A model generated the notes under the pieces. It searched no databases and was not told the origin of the DNA. It saw nothing but the letters and a program-made list of their open reading frames with translations. Positions 11,906 to 24,590 of a stretch of 64,000 bases of DNA are shown piece after piece. Positions within the stretch are counted from its first letter, which is position 1, and every line of letters starts with the position of its first letter. The position numbers and the translations under genes were made by a program. The DNA comes from Malacoraja senta. Its lineage: Eukaryota. The stretch is from the NCBI GenBank assembly GCA_038087875.1, contig JAXLNO010000406.1, forward strand, positions 1 through 64,000. Direction: 5' to 3'.

Positions 11906-12349
11906 GAGAAAAGATGCAAGTCATTCCCTCAGCTACTGGACGGCTGAGGGACATAATGTGTCTGTGTGCTGCATTGTAAAAACGGATGGAATTGTATAAA
12001 ATAAACTGACAAGAAGATGAGAAATGGATTCAATTAAAGGAAATGCTCACAAAATGGAGAGCAGCTAATCGAGGATATAATTGAACAATTAAGCAGGTTC
12101 TACGAGTTTTATTCCTCTTTTTACTGCCTCCAATTTGTAAGCAACCAGACACTGCGCTCACAAATTAGTGGTGACAAGCATCAATTTCGAGATGATCATT
12201 TTATCTCAGTGGTTTTATAGGCTGAGGTGTCATCTTTTGGAGGAGATGATGAATAAGACCCTCTCCACCATCCCACTTCTTAGGTCCCAAGCCTACTATT
12301 ATGTTAAATGGCAAGGGGGTTGTCTCTGTTGACCCACTTAGTCCTGTCT

Positions 12350-13113
12350 TAGTTTTGATTGGAGATACAGCACAGAAACAGGCCCTTCGGCCCACCGAGC
12401 CCGCGTCGACCAGCGATCATCCCATACGCACCAACACCATCCTACACACTAGGGACAATTCATCATTTTACCGAAGCCAATTCACCTGCAAACCTGTGCA
12501 TCCCTGGAGTGTGGGAGGAAACCAGAGCACCCGGAGAAAACCCACCCAGTCACAGGGAGAACGTACAAACTGGGATGGCGGGACTGTCATATCTTGATAG
12601 AATGGAGCGGCTGGGTTGTATACTCTGGAATTTAGAAAGATTAGAGGGGACCTTATTGAAACATATAAAATTATTAAAGGTTTGGACATGCTAGAGGCAG
12701 GAAATGTGTTCACGATGTTGGGGGAGTCCAGAACCAGGGGCCACAGTTTAAGAATAAGGGGTAAGCCATTTAGAACAGAGATGAGGAAAACGTATTCGCA
12801 CAGAGGGTTGTGAGTCTGTGGAATTTTCTGCCTCAGAAGGCAGTGGAGGCCAATTCTCTCTATGCTTTCAAGAGAGAGTTGGATAGAGCTCTTAAAGATA
12901 ATGGAGTCAATGGATATGGGGAGAAGGCAGGAATGGGGTACTGAGTGTGGATGATCAGCCATGATCACAGTGAATGGCGGTGCTGGCTCAAAGGCCCAAA
13001 TGGCCTACTCCTGCACCTATTGTCTACTGTCTGTACAGACAGCGCCCATTGTCAGGATCGATCCCGGGTTTCTGGCGCTGTGAGGCAGCAACTCTACCGC
13101 TGTGCCACTGTGC
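12350..13113 (-). mobile_element. HE1 SINE split by a + strand CR1 3' fragment (12571-13027)
   Basis: SINE tail and body at 12350-12571, head at 13028-13113; CR1 GMAGLSY...GYGEKAG in between. Confidence 0.8.
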
Positions 13114-13481
13114 CTCGTATGTCAGGAAGAAATGTATTTCTGTGTAAAAGAATAGAAAGGAAGTCTTTTTTAGTTGTAGACTGATTTTGACTTAAAATTC
13201 AATGTCTATGTGTGGGTGGCTCAATTGTAAACATGCATTGTCTTTCCGCTGACTGGTTAGCACACGACAAAAGCTTTTCACTTTACCCCGGTACACATGA
13301 CAATAATCTAAACTCCATTGACCTCATACATGAAGATAGGCACACAAAACTGGAGTAACTCAGCGGGTCAGGCAGCATCTCTGGAGAAAAGGAATAGGTG
13401 AATTTTCGGGTCGAGACCCTTCTTCAGACTGAGTCAGGGGAAAGGGAAACAAGAGGTATAGACAGTGATATAGAGAGATAT

Positions 13482-13950
13482 AGACAATAGACAATAGACA
13501 AAAGACAATAGCCATTTGGCCCTTCAAGCCAGCACCGCCATTCAATGTGATCATTGCTGATCATCCACAATCAGTACCCCGTTCCTGCCTTCTCCCCATA
13601 TCCCCTGACTCCACTATAATCAAGAGCCCTATCTAGCTCTCTCTTGAAAGTATCCAGAGAACCGGCCTCCGCCACCCCCTGAGGCAGCGAATTCCACAGA
13701 CTCACAACTCTTTGTGTGAAAAAGTGTTTTCTCATCTCTGTTCTAAATGGCTTACCCCTTATTCTTAAACTGTGGCCCCTGGTTCTGGACTCCCCCAACA
13801 TCAGGAACATGTTTCCTGCCTCTAGCGTGCCCAAACTCTTAATAATCTTATATGTTTCAATAAGATCCCCACCCATACTTCTAAATCCAGAGTATACAAG
13901 CCCAGCCGTTCCATTCTCTCAGCATGTGACAGTCCCGCCATCCCGGGAAT
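13482..13950 (-). mobile_element. CR1 LINE 3' fragment
   Basis: GDLIETYKII...GYGEKAGTGY with CAATAGA tail. Confidence 0.9.
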
Positions 13951-14257
13951 TTAGTTTAGTTTAGTTTAGTTTAGAGATACAGCGCGGAAACAGGCCCTTC
14001 AGCCCACCGATCCCCAAACGCAAACACTATCCTACACACACTGGGGACAATTTTTACATTTAACAAGCCAATTAAGCAACAAACCTATACGTCTTTGGAG
14101 TGCGGGAGGAAACCGAAGATCTCGGAGAAAACCCACGCAGGTCACGGGGAGTACGTACAAACTCTGTACAGACAGCACCCGCAGTCGGGATCGAACCGGC
14201 AGAGTTGCTGTCTTGCATGCATTCGCTGGAAGACAGCAACTCTACCGCTGCGCCACT
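13951..14257 (-). mobile_element. HE1-type SINE
   Basis: GTGGCGCAGCGGTAGAGTTGCTG head; (CTAAA)n tail. Confidence 0.85.
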
Positions 14258-14834
14258 TTGAGTAATGAACAAATGTATGAAAGATATGCGGAAAAATAAC
14301 TAGTGATGAAGGAAACAGGCCTTTGATCGCTGCGGGCAGGATGAAAACGAGAGACATTTCGCTTCAAAAAATAAAAAGAGCGGAGATTTGAACTAATGGG
14401 AGTTGGCATGAATGCGATGGGCTGTGCAACATCCTGTGCTCGAAATTATATGCTTCTACAAATTCTAGTCTTCCCATTCAAATACTCAAGTTCCAGTTTC
14501 CTGCTGCTGTAAGGCACTGCGCATAATGTCACTGAACAAACCGCCCTGGGGTTCCTTGAAGAATACGCCACATATTTCAAATTGGGTCGGACTGTAAGAG
14601 GATTTCACTTTAATGTTGGGCCCTGCCACTCGCAATGCTGCAGAGATGAACATCTGCAAGATGAAGGTGTATGATCAGTCTGCTTCTCTCTGCACCACCT
14701 GCTTGTGTGATTTTTGATGATGCAGGTCCTGGAGTGAGAGGATGATTGTGCTGTGTTCAATGCATGTTAATAGAGTCAGCCATGATTCCAGCTCACATCT
14801 TAGTTTATAAGTTCCAGAGCAAAATAAATCAAAA

Positions 14835-15890
14835 ATCTCTGCCTCAGAGGGCGGTGCAGGCAGGTTCTCTGGATGCTTTCAAGGGAGAGCTAGATAGGGC
14901 TCTTAAAGATAGCGGAGTCAGGGGATATGGGGAGAAGGCAGGAACGGGGTACTGATTGGGGATGAACAGCCATGATCACATTGAATAGCGTTGCTGGCTC
15001 GAAGGGCCGAAAGGCCTACACCTGTACCTATTGTCTATTATCTATTGACTGTCCTTCTGAGTAGATTGCCAACTTGACTCTGTGTGAAAAGTGTTTCCTC
15101 GTCTCCTTTCTAAATGCCTTATGTGTTCAGTGTTTCCACGTCTCATTCAGAGTATCCAAGACCAGCCGCTGCATTCTCTCAGCATATGACAGTCCCACCA
15201 TCCCGGGAATTAACCTTGTGAACCTACGCTGCACTCCGTCAATAGCATGAATGTCCTTCTTCAAATTAGGGGACCAAAACAAATTAGCGGACCAAAAATT
15301 TAAGAGGATGTTGCCAGGACTAGAGGGTCTGAGCTATAGGGAGAGGTTGAGTAGGCTGGGTCTCTATTCTAGAGGTAGACCTCTATTCTAGAGGTTGGAT
15401 AAGCGGGGACTCTAAATAAGAAATTAGGAACCTGCGGGGCACATTTTTCACACATAGGGTGGTGAGTGTATGGAACAAGCTGCCGGAGGAAGTAGTTGAG
15501 GCTGGGACTATCCCCACGTGTAAAAAACAGTTAGACAGGTACATGGATAGGACAGTTTTGGAGGGATATGGACCAAACGCAGGCAGGTGGGACTAGTGTA
15601 GCTGGGACATGTCGGCCGGTGTGGGCAAGTTGGGGCCGAAGGGCCTGTTTCCACACCGTATCACTCTATGACTCCATGTGGAGTTTGCATGTTCTCTCTG
15701 TGACCACGGGGGTTCCTCTGGGGGCTCCAGTTGCGGCTTGCGCCAGTTGTGAGTTAGTTGCCCCCTTCTAAAATGCCTCTCGTGTGCAGGGGTGAGAAAG
15801 TGTAATAACAGAGAACCACTGTGAATGGACGATCGGTGGTAATAGTGGACTCTGTGGGCCGAAGACCTGCCTCCATGCTGTGTCTTTAAA
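14835..15890. mobile_element. Cluster of CR1/HER1 fragments in mixed orientation plus an HE1 remnant
   Basis: CR1 3' end + (14835-15048), CR1 - (15075-15300), HER1-like + (15300-15675), degenerate SINE body. Confidence 0.7.
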
Positions 15891-16149
15891 GCTAACGTTT
15901 ACGCATTAAAACCTGCCCGAAATAGCATTCCAATCTTACCAACTATTAAATTGGAACTTCCAGTCACCTGCCCAGCCCTAGAGCAATGCAAGGGTTCTCT
16001 AGTGAATTATTAATCTAAAGGTCCCATGAATCGCGTGGTTATTGAAGGATCTTTCCTTACAGGTCATTTGTATTTATTCTCTGGTTGTGGATGCTGGCAA
16101 CGTTGCTCCTGTTATTATTGTTTATTCCAAATACCCGTTGAGTTAAATG

Positions 16150-16412
16150 TCATGCTACGGTTCTATAAGGCGCTGGTCAGGCCGCAGTTGGAATATTGTG
16201 AGTAATTTTGGGCGCCATATCTGAGGAAGGATGTGCTGGCTCTGTAGAGGGTCCAGAGGAGGTTTACAAGAATGATCCCAGGAATGAGTAGGTTAACCCA
16301 TGATGAGCGTTTGACGGTACTGGGCCTGTACTCGCTGGAGTTTAGAAGAATCAGGAGGGGCCTCATTGAAACGTACAGAATAGTGAAAGGCTTGGATAGA
16401 GTGGACGTGGAG
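16150..16412 (+). mobile_element. CR1 LINE internal fragment
   Basis: LYKALVRPQLEYC...MIPGMSRLTHDERL...LEFRR. Confidence 0.8.
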
Positions 16413-18442
16413 AGGAGAGAAAAAGGCTGCGTGGCTTTTCAGGATGGGGCCTTTCTTCAAACTGAGTGTTGCGGGTGGGGTGGGGGCAAACTGGAGGGGA
16501 GAAAAGACCAGGATCAATTAGGACCAGCCACAAATGATTGGCGGCTGGAAGGTCCATTGTTGGATTGAGATGGTGTGAACTATAAACAAATAATGTGGAG
16601 ATCCGAGGAACTGGTAAAATGACAAGGAAGGGGGGAGGAAGAGGGGGAAGTGAAGGAGAAATTATTTAAAGTTGGAGAATTCAATGTTAAAAAAAAAACC
16701 AAATAAACTTTATTCAAGGAAAAAAATATGTCCAAAACAGAAACCGTGCCAGGAATTCGTCCGACATTCTCGGTGGCTCTACTTACATTCAATACTGTTT
16801 ACACAAATTTCACTCCCTCCTCCTTCTTTCTCGTGTAACCAGTTCCACAGTTCTCCACATTGTTTGTCTCTTGAGATCACACCTTCCCGAGCCAACAATG
16901 GGACCTGCCAGACAGGTCATTTCATTGATCCTGGTCTCATCGTCTTTTCTCACCCCCAGCTCTTCACCCCCCCCCCTCCCCCACCACCACCAGCACCCCC
17001 ACCCCACCCAAAGAAGGCATTGCTGGAATGAAAGTGATTAACAACAAAAAACGAAGAATGCCAGAAAGGGCTTTTTACCCCCCGTTAACACAGCGATTGT
17101 TTTGCTTTGGAGAAAAAACAAAATGCCGGTGAAGGCAGAGGTCACAGTGTCGTTCAAAAGGCAACGGGATCTCTACTTTAAAGCGAGAAAGTACTCGAAA
17201 TGGAAGAACTTGTAGAGAAGTGTAATCACCGTTTACCTGGAACGGGGGGAGGGAGGGCGGAGGGGGAGGGGGCAAATATAATCGCTGCCTTCAATTCCTT
17301 GCGAGTGGTGGCCCTGAATGCGGACCTGGGGGACACATGACCTCCACTTACATGGGGACAGACAGTCTGAATGTGGACCTGGGGGAAACATGCAGCTCTT
17401 GCTTACAGCCCCGCCTCCCTCCCCCCCGTAACCCACTTGCCAGATACAAAACCAGAACTTCTCCCTTATCCCTCTCTCTGCAAGACCAAGTAAATATATT
17501 CGCTTTTATTATCAGCAATTATGTCATTGTTAAAATGTAGAAGTCGGGTCTCGACCCGAAACATGATCTGTGTATATTCTCCAGAAATGCTGCCTGACCC
17601 GCTGAGTTACACCAGCACTTAGTGTCTATCTTTTGTGTAAACCAGCATCGGCCCTTCCTTCTTATCTCAACCTGTTGCCTGGCCCGCTGTCTTACTCCAT
17701 CACTTTGTGTTTTGATTTATAAATCTTAGGTCATTTTATAATCAGTTAGGGCGTTCAAAACAGTGAAGGAATAGTCTATTTATTTGTGGTAGTTAAACAT
17801 TTAAAATAAGTATGTACTGTCCTCGAAAGGGAAGAAGTTGCAGACGTGTAGAGTCACCGTCTACCTGAAGTGCGGGGGACGACAAGGAGAATCGCTGCTT
17901 TCATTTCTTTGGGATTGGTGGCCACCAAATGCGGACCTGGGGGAAACAGGACTTTCACTTCCATGGAGACAGTCTGAATGAGGACCTGGTGATGCTCGGC
18001 CAGGACTGTATTGCAGCCATCTTTAACTTATGCTTGTTTTGGGGGCTAGTCCCCTTCAGTTTTCTCTTCAGCACATAAAAGGCAATGGACTAAGTGGGAC
18101 CCGTTGGGTCCCATGTTCACACGACTGCTGGTCCCCCAACACAATATTCCATGTCACCCCCAATTCCAATATTAGTGGCCAGTGGGGGGCTTCGTGGAGC
18201 ACTAGTATGGGTGTAGTGGGCCGAACGGACTGGTTTCCAGAGGGCTAGTATGGACATTGTGAGCCGAATGGATTCTTGGGCTGACAGCTCAGTCACTCAG
18301 GCCTGGTGGGCTGGCAGCTCGGTCACAGGGCTGGTGGGCTGGCAGCTCAGTCACTCAGGGCTGGTGGGTTGGCAACTCAGTCACTCAGGGCTGGTGGCTG
18401 GCAGCTCACTCACGGCTATTCCTTGAAATTCCATTCCAGGCA

Positions 18443-18746
18443 GGATGCAGGCCACCACGTTCAATTGCATAGCACTCCAGGCAGGGTACAGGCCACCACG
18501 TTCAATTGCATAGCACTCCATGCAGGGTGCAGGCAAGCACATTCAATTGCTTAGCACTCCAGGCAGGGTGCAGGCCACTACATTCAATTGCATGGCACTC
18601 CAGGCAGGGTGCAGGCCACCACATTTCAATTGCATATCACTCCAGGCAGGGTGCAGGCCTCCACATTTCAATTGCATAGAACTCCAGGCAGGGTGCAGGC
18701 CACCACATTTCAATTGCATAGCACTCCAGGCAGGGTGCAGGCCACC
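18443..18746 (+). repeat. 42-bp minisatellite, left part (about 7 units)
   Basis: Unit GGCCACCACATTTCAATTGCATAGCACTCCAGGCAGGGTGCA; preceded by a ~30-bp GGCTGGCAGCTCAGTCACTCAG array at 18280-18410. Confidence 0.95.
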
Positions 18747-21035
18747 CACGGCCGGATTTAGATGAAGAGAGGCCCTAAGCTGTTCCACTTGTGAGCCCCC
18801 ACCCCCCCCCCCGAATCCACCACCCCCACGACTAGAGGTAGATGGTCCACCAGATTGACACCGATTTGCAGCCGAGCATGGCCAATGAGATAAGAGGCTG
18901 GAAAGCTGCACTTTATTTATTTATTTATTGCCACTGCTAGTGTCGAGTTATTGTCTTAAAACACTTTTATTCTGAAATGGAGGGCAAGGAAAATTACTGA
19001 AGGGTTGTTTAGGGACTACTGTGCGTTGTGACAGCACATGTAAGAAAGGCCTATGACAGTGTCAAAAATATTATACACCTTGCAGGGCTCTCACTACATT
19101 TTTTTCTCTGTTGTCAGCCAGGCACCTTGGCAGCTTTTTAAGTTGCCAAATGACAGTTTAGGTGGTCATTTAAGACGGCTTGTATGACGCGTGCGATAAT
19201 GTGCTCGGACGAAATGCGTAGTTACCAGTCGGAATTATGCTCAATGAAGTACTCAGATATTATTTCTGCTTCAAATAAATCCACAAACTAAACATATTCA
19301 CCAATCAAGACATGATATATACCACAATGACATGCAGCAAAGTTATAATACAGTATCTCAACTCTTTTTACATGTTGCAATGAATGCAATTCCTATTATT
19401 TCTTTCCACTTCCAAACAAAAATGTGGTTGGATTATTCAGCGTATGATCAACCTCGATGAGACCAAGCGCAGGCTTGGCGATCGCTCCGCACAACACCTC
19501 CATTCAGTTCGCAATAACCAACCTGATCTCCCGGTGGCTCAACACTTTAACTCCCCTTCCCATTCCGAATCCGACCTTTCTGTCCTGGTCCTCCTCCACG
19601 GCCAGAGTGAGGCTCACCGCATATTGGAGGAGCAGCACCTCATATTTGCTTGGGTAGTTTACACCCCAGCGGTATGCACATTGGCTTCTCTAATTTCAGG
19701 TAGTCCTTGCTTTCTCCCACCTTCCCCTCCCATTCCCAGCTCTCCCACAGCCTACTGCCTCCGCCTCTTCCTTTCTTTTTCATGCCCCCCCCTTGACATC
19801 AATCTGAAGAAGGGTCTCGACCCGAAACATCGTCTAATCCTTCGCTCCACAGATGCTGCCTTACCCGCTGATTTTCTCCAGCTTTTTTGTCTACCAATGG
19901 GATCCCACCACTGGCCACATCTTCCCATCTCCTCCCCTGTTGGCTTTCCGCAGAGACCGCTCCCTCCGTAACTCCCTGGTCAATTTGCCCCTTCCCACCC
20001 AAACCACCCCCTCTCCTGGCACTTTCCCTTGCAACCGCAGGAAATGCCACACTTGTCGTTTTAATTGTTCAAGACTATGGGGCTGTACATTGGCCATAAA
20101 GTTGCAGCCTAAAAGTGACAGAGACCCGGAATTGATCCTGAATATGGGTGCTGTCTGTATGGAGTTTGCTCCTTTTCCCTTTGATCACATGGGTTTTCTC
20201 CGGGTGCTCTTGTTTCCTTCCACATTCCAAAGGTGTGCAGGAACCTATTTCAGACCCAACCCAAAACGTAATATTTTCCTTTTGTCCAGAGATTCTGTCT
20301 GACCTGTTGAGTTACTCCAGCTTTTTGTGTCTATCTTCAGTTTAAACCAGCATCTGCACTTCCTTCCTACACACATGATACTATACGATAGAACATTAAT
20401 CCCAGGAGGGAAATTGTGTGTGTGTGTGGGTATATATATTATACACACACACACATATATATATATATTTATATAGTTATATATTCATATATAAATATAC
20501 ACCGTTTTGTTTTCTCGTTTATAATATTGTTTACAGAGTACTATGTTTACATATTCTGTTGTGCTGCTGCAAGTAAGGATTTCATTGTTCTAACTGGGAC
20601 GTGAGAGAATAAAACACTCTTGACTCTTGACTTACTCCGCTAATGTGTGGGAAAGAACTAGTGTACGGGTGATCAGTGGTCGGCGTGGACTCGGTGGGCT
20701 GAAGGGCCTGTTTCCACGCTGCAGGGGGAGGACGTGCTGGCCGTAGCAGTGCGCATGTGCAAGGCGGCCGGCCGTGCCGGCGGATGAGGAGTGGAGAGCG
20801 GAGACCCGGCGGCCCGGATACGGATGGCGGGCGGAGACGGAGAGGGAGAGATGGAGAGGGGGGCCCGCCCAGAGTTGAACGGCAGGCGTCCTGCCTTGGC
20901 CGGAGGCCCCCTAGATTTCGAGGCCCTGGACTTCAGCCTATGAAGCCTAGTGGTAAATCCGGATCTGCGAGGCCCCCCCTAGATCTCGAGGCCCTAAGCT
21001 TAAGCTTGTGAAACTTATACGTAAATCCGGCCCTG
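18747..21035. mobile_element. Non-autonomous hAT-type DNA transposon with 8-bp TSD, containing nested repeats
   Basis: TIRs CACGGCCGGATTTA / TAAATCCGGCCCTG; AGGCCACC at 18739-18746 and 21036-21043. Confidence 0.85.
19452..20062 (+). mobile_element. Penelope-like fragments nested in the hAT element
   Basis: DETKRRLGDRSAQHLHSV...DLPVAQHFNS; second piece AFRRDRSLRNSLV...GTFPCNRRKCHTC. Confidence 0.8.
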
Positions 21036-21195
21036 AGGCCACCACATTTCAACTGCATAGCACTCCAGGCAGGGTACAGGCCACCACATTTCAATTCCAT
21101 AGCACTCAAGGCAGGGTGCAGGCCACCACATTTCAACTGCATAACACTGCAGGCAGGGTGCAGCTACCACATTTCAATTGCATAGCTCCAGGAAG
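21036..21195 (+). repeat. 42-bp minisatellite, right part (about 4 units)
   Basis: Same unit as 18443-18746, resuming in register after the TSD. Confidence 0.92.
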
Positions 21196-21552
21196 GCTAC
21201 AGGAAGATCTCCCCGTCCCAATCTGAATCTGCCCACACTTCATATTCCCTTCACATTTTTCGCGATAATTTTTTATTGTAGGGGCCTATTAAAATCGAAG
21301 AAATACTGCTGGTGTCACAAATCTGAAAGTAAAGCAAACAATGATACCAAAAACTCTGCAGGCCAAGCAGTATCTGTGAAAAGAGAAGTAGTTAACTCCA
21401 AGTCTGAGTTGATCGAGGTGGTGGAGATACAGTTAAACATTATTGCATTCACATCCCCAAATTCAGTTAAATTTCCATGCCTTTTTTTGACCAGTTCTAT
21501 TTCCAAGTTCCTTGTGGCTTTATAATTTATAATTTGGTGGTTAAATGTAACT

Positions 21553-22321
21553 TGTTGGTGGCAAAAACAGGAAAGTAGACTATTATCTGAATAGTGGCCG
21601 ATTAGGAAAAGGGGAGATGCAACGAGACCTGGGTGTCATGGTACACCAGTCATTGAAAGTCGGCATGCAGGTGCAGCAGGCAGTGAAGAAAGCGAATGGT
21701 ATGTTAGCATTCATTGCAAAAGGATTTGAGTATAGGAGCAGGGAGTACAGGGTCTTGGTTAGACCACACCTGGAGTATTGCGTACAGTTTTGGTCTCCAA
21801 ATCTGAGAAAATACATTCTTGCCATAGAGGGAGTACAGAGAAGGTTCACCAGCCTGATTCCTGGGATGTCAGGACTTTCATATGAAGAAAGACTGGATAG
21901 ACTCAGCTTGTACTCGCTAGAATTTAGAAGATTGAGGGGGGATCTTATAGAAACGTACAACATTCTTAAGGGGTTGGACAGGAGAGATGCAGGAAGATTG
22001 TTCCCGATGTTGGGGAAGTCCAGGACAAGGTGTCACAGTTTAAGGATAAAGGGAAAATCTTTTAGGACCGAGATGAGAAAAACATTTTTCACACAGAGAG
22101 TGGTTAATCTCTGGAATTCTCTGCCACAGAAGGTAGTTGAGGCCAGTTCATTGGCTATATTTAAGAGGGAGTTAGATGTGGCCCTTGTGGCTAAAGGGTT
22201 CAGGGGGTATGGAGAGAAGGCAGATACATGATACTGAGTTGGATGATCAGCCATGATCATATTGAATGGCGGTGCAGGCTCGAAGGGTCGAATGGCCTAC
22301 CCTTGCACCTATTTTCTATGT
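21553..22321 (+). mobile_element. CR1 LINE 3' fragment (young subfamily)
   Basis: 204-aa RT C-terminal ORF MQRDLGVMVH...GYGEKA. Confidence 0.9.
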
Positions 22322-22391
22322 TTAGTGTCAATCTGTTGCGAATGGAGTTTCTGCCCCATATTTGACCGCCAAAATTATTAATTGTTAAGGT

Positions 22392-22907
22392 CACAAGGAG
22401 TTGAGTATAGGAGCAAAGAGGCCCTGCAGTTGTACAGGGCCCTTGTGAGACCACACCTGGAGTATTGTGTGCAGTTTTGGTCCCCTAATTTGAGAAAGGA
22501 CATTCTTGCTACTGAGGGAGTGCAGCGTAGGTTTACAAGGTTAATTCCCTGGATGGCGGGACTGTCATAAGCTGGGAGAATGGAGCGGCTGGGTTTGTAT
22601 ACTCTGGAATTTAGAAGGATGAGAGGGTATCTTATTGAAACCTCTAAGATTATTAAGGGTGAGGCAGAGAATTCCACAGACCCACAACTCTCTGTGTGAA
22701 AAAGTGTTTCCTCATCTCCGTTGTAAATGGCCTACCCCTTATTCTTAAACTGTGGCCCCTCGTTCTGGACTCCCCCAACATCAGGAACTTGTTTCCTGCC
22801 TCTAGCGTGTCCAAACCCTTAATAATCTTATGTGTCAATAAGATCTCCTCTCATCCTTCTAAATTACAAGCACAGACGCTCCATTCTCTCAGCATATGAC
22901 AGTCCCG
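22392..22907. mobile_element. Two CR1 fragments joined tail-to-tail
   Basis: + strand 22392-22660 and - strand 22660-22907; overlapping CR1 coordinates, both lacking 3' tails. Confidence 0.8.
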
Positions 22908-23525
22908 TTTTAAGACCAACCATCTTCAGATAGCCCCGGCATTCCCTCTGTATCTCTACCCCCCCTCCCCACCCAACCCATCCACGTCACACGAGCTTCT
23001 CGTTTTCACCGTACAGAATTCAACATTTTCACGTAATTAACAAACCTTCTGTTTCGCGTTCTCTGCATTCAGCTTACTCCCCCCCCCCCCCTTTAGTAAT
23101 TTCCAAATCATCCGCCCTTCTTTTTTGCACCACCGCATGGTCACTTTTACCGGAGTTTTATTTTGCCAGACGACTCTTGCACCCTTCATAACGAGTCAGT
23201 GGACTTTAGGACCCGGGGATTGTTTCAATCTTTATATTTTCACAAAAGTAATTTCTGTTCCTTTGCCGGACGCGGTTAACGCGTTAAAATGAACGGATCG
23301 ACAGACAGACAGACAGACAGCTCTGGTTTCAGTTGCTATTTATTCCACTCTTCCCACATTTACATCCCCCTGGTTTTATTTCCGCGATCACTCATTGGGG
23401 TTTTACGTCGCGGAATTTGGGGATTAAATGGGAGCCGTTCGTTCAGCGCCGACCTGTTGTCCACGGGTTTCTGCCCCACAGCCCTTGAACCCCGCTCCTG
23501 ACGCCGGTCCCGGGACCCGACCCTT

Positions 23526-24056
23526 TTACACACCCGGAGCGGAACCGGAGCAGATTCTCAGCCACTGGTTTTCCTTCCAAGTCCAGAAGAAAGGATATCG
23601 TTTCTACGTGAATTTATTCCCAGTGATGGTGTGGAGATGGGACTTGGTGTCCGCGTCGTAAAATGAAACTGTCCCGGACTCGTAACTGAGATAAACTCCC
23701 ACCCTCCCGGGGATGGGACGGGCGGGGAGACGGGATAGAGGGGAGGTGAATGCAACAAACTCGTCACCCCCCCGCCCGATGCTCCAGACTCCAGTCTCCG
23801 TGGTCAGCTGTTCCTCTCTCTTCCTCTCCACAGACTCCGCGGCGACTCCCAGACTCCAGTACCGACTCCCCGCCACCTCCACCTCCCAGTAATGTCTCCC
23901 GATGTGAATCCCTCCGATCCCAGCACACACGCAAACACTGTAACCTCTTCCCGGTGTCAGGGAGACTCCTCTCGGTCCCGGTCATTCTCACCCTCTTCCG
24001 ATCCTCAGACACCTCGAGCCGCGCATGCGCTGTTTCCACATCCAGGGTGACGGAGA
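23526..24056 (-). pseudogene. TRIM gene A exon 6: disrupted PRY/SPRY
   Basis: SVTLDVETAHARLEVSEDRK / CVLGSEGFTS / RHYWEVEV...VGVYLSYESGTVSFYDAD lie in three frames; TAG at 23604-23606; ancestral TAA at 23526-23528. Confidence 0.88.
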
Positions 24057-24590
24057 CTGGGGGGAGAAGCAGAGAATCAGAGAGTCAGTCCCCGGGGGTC
24101 GGGGGGAGACTCGGGCACAGGCGGGCGGACAACTGAAACCTTGCCCGGGGTGCACCCAATTACGTGAGATGGACAACACAAACCTTTCTCCGCGTTTCAC
24201 TCCGAGAAAAGGGGAGGCTCGCGGATTGCAAGATTTCGACTTGGTCGGGCAGCGGAGTTGGGATTGTGTGTATAAATAGAGAGAGAGGGGATGATGGAGA
24301 GATTGCGGGTGGGCATTTGGAGCGGTTGGGCAGGGTTTTGTGAGATCTCGCTGTTAGGTGGTGGAGAGGGAATCAGATTATCAAGCAGCGGATTGAGATA
24401 AGTGGTTACAGGAAGTATTTATAAAGGCAGGCAGGATATCGGATGTAATATTGGAGAATTGGGGCCAGTGTGGAACTGGCACACAGGAGGAGTTGAGGCA
24501 GATGAACACACGTCGGGGCAGATGAGACAGTGTGAGGCTTGCAGAATGTGCGAGACCAGGGACACTGATGGAGCCTCTATCTGCTACATC

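Noticed and set aside
18443..21195. 42-bp repeats as a CRISPR array
   Set aside because: Units are contiguous with no unique spacers, there are no cas genes, and the context is vertebrate: a minisatellite.
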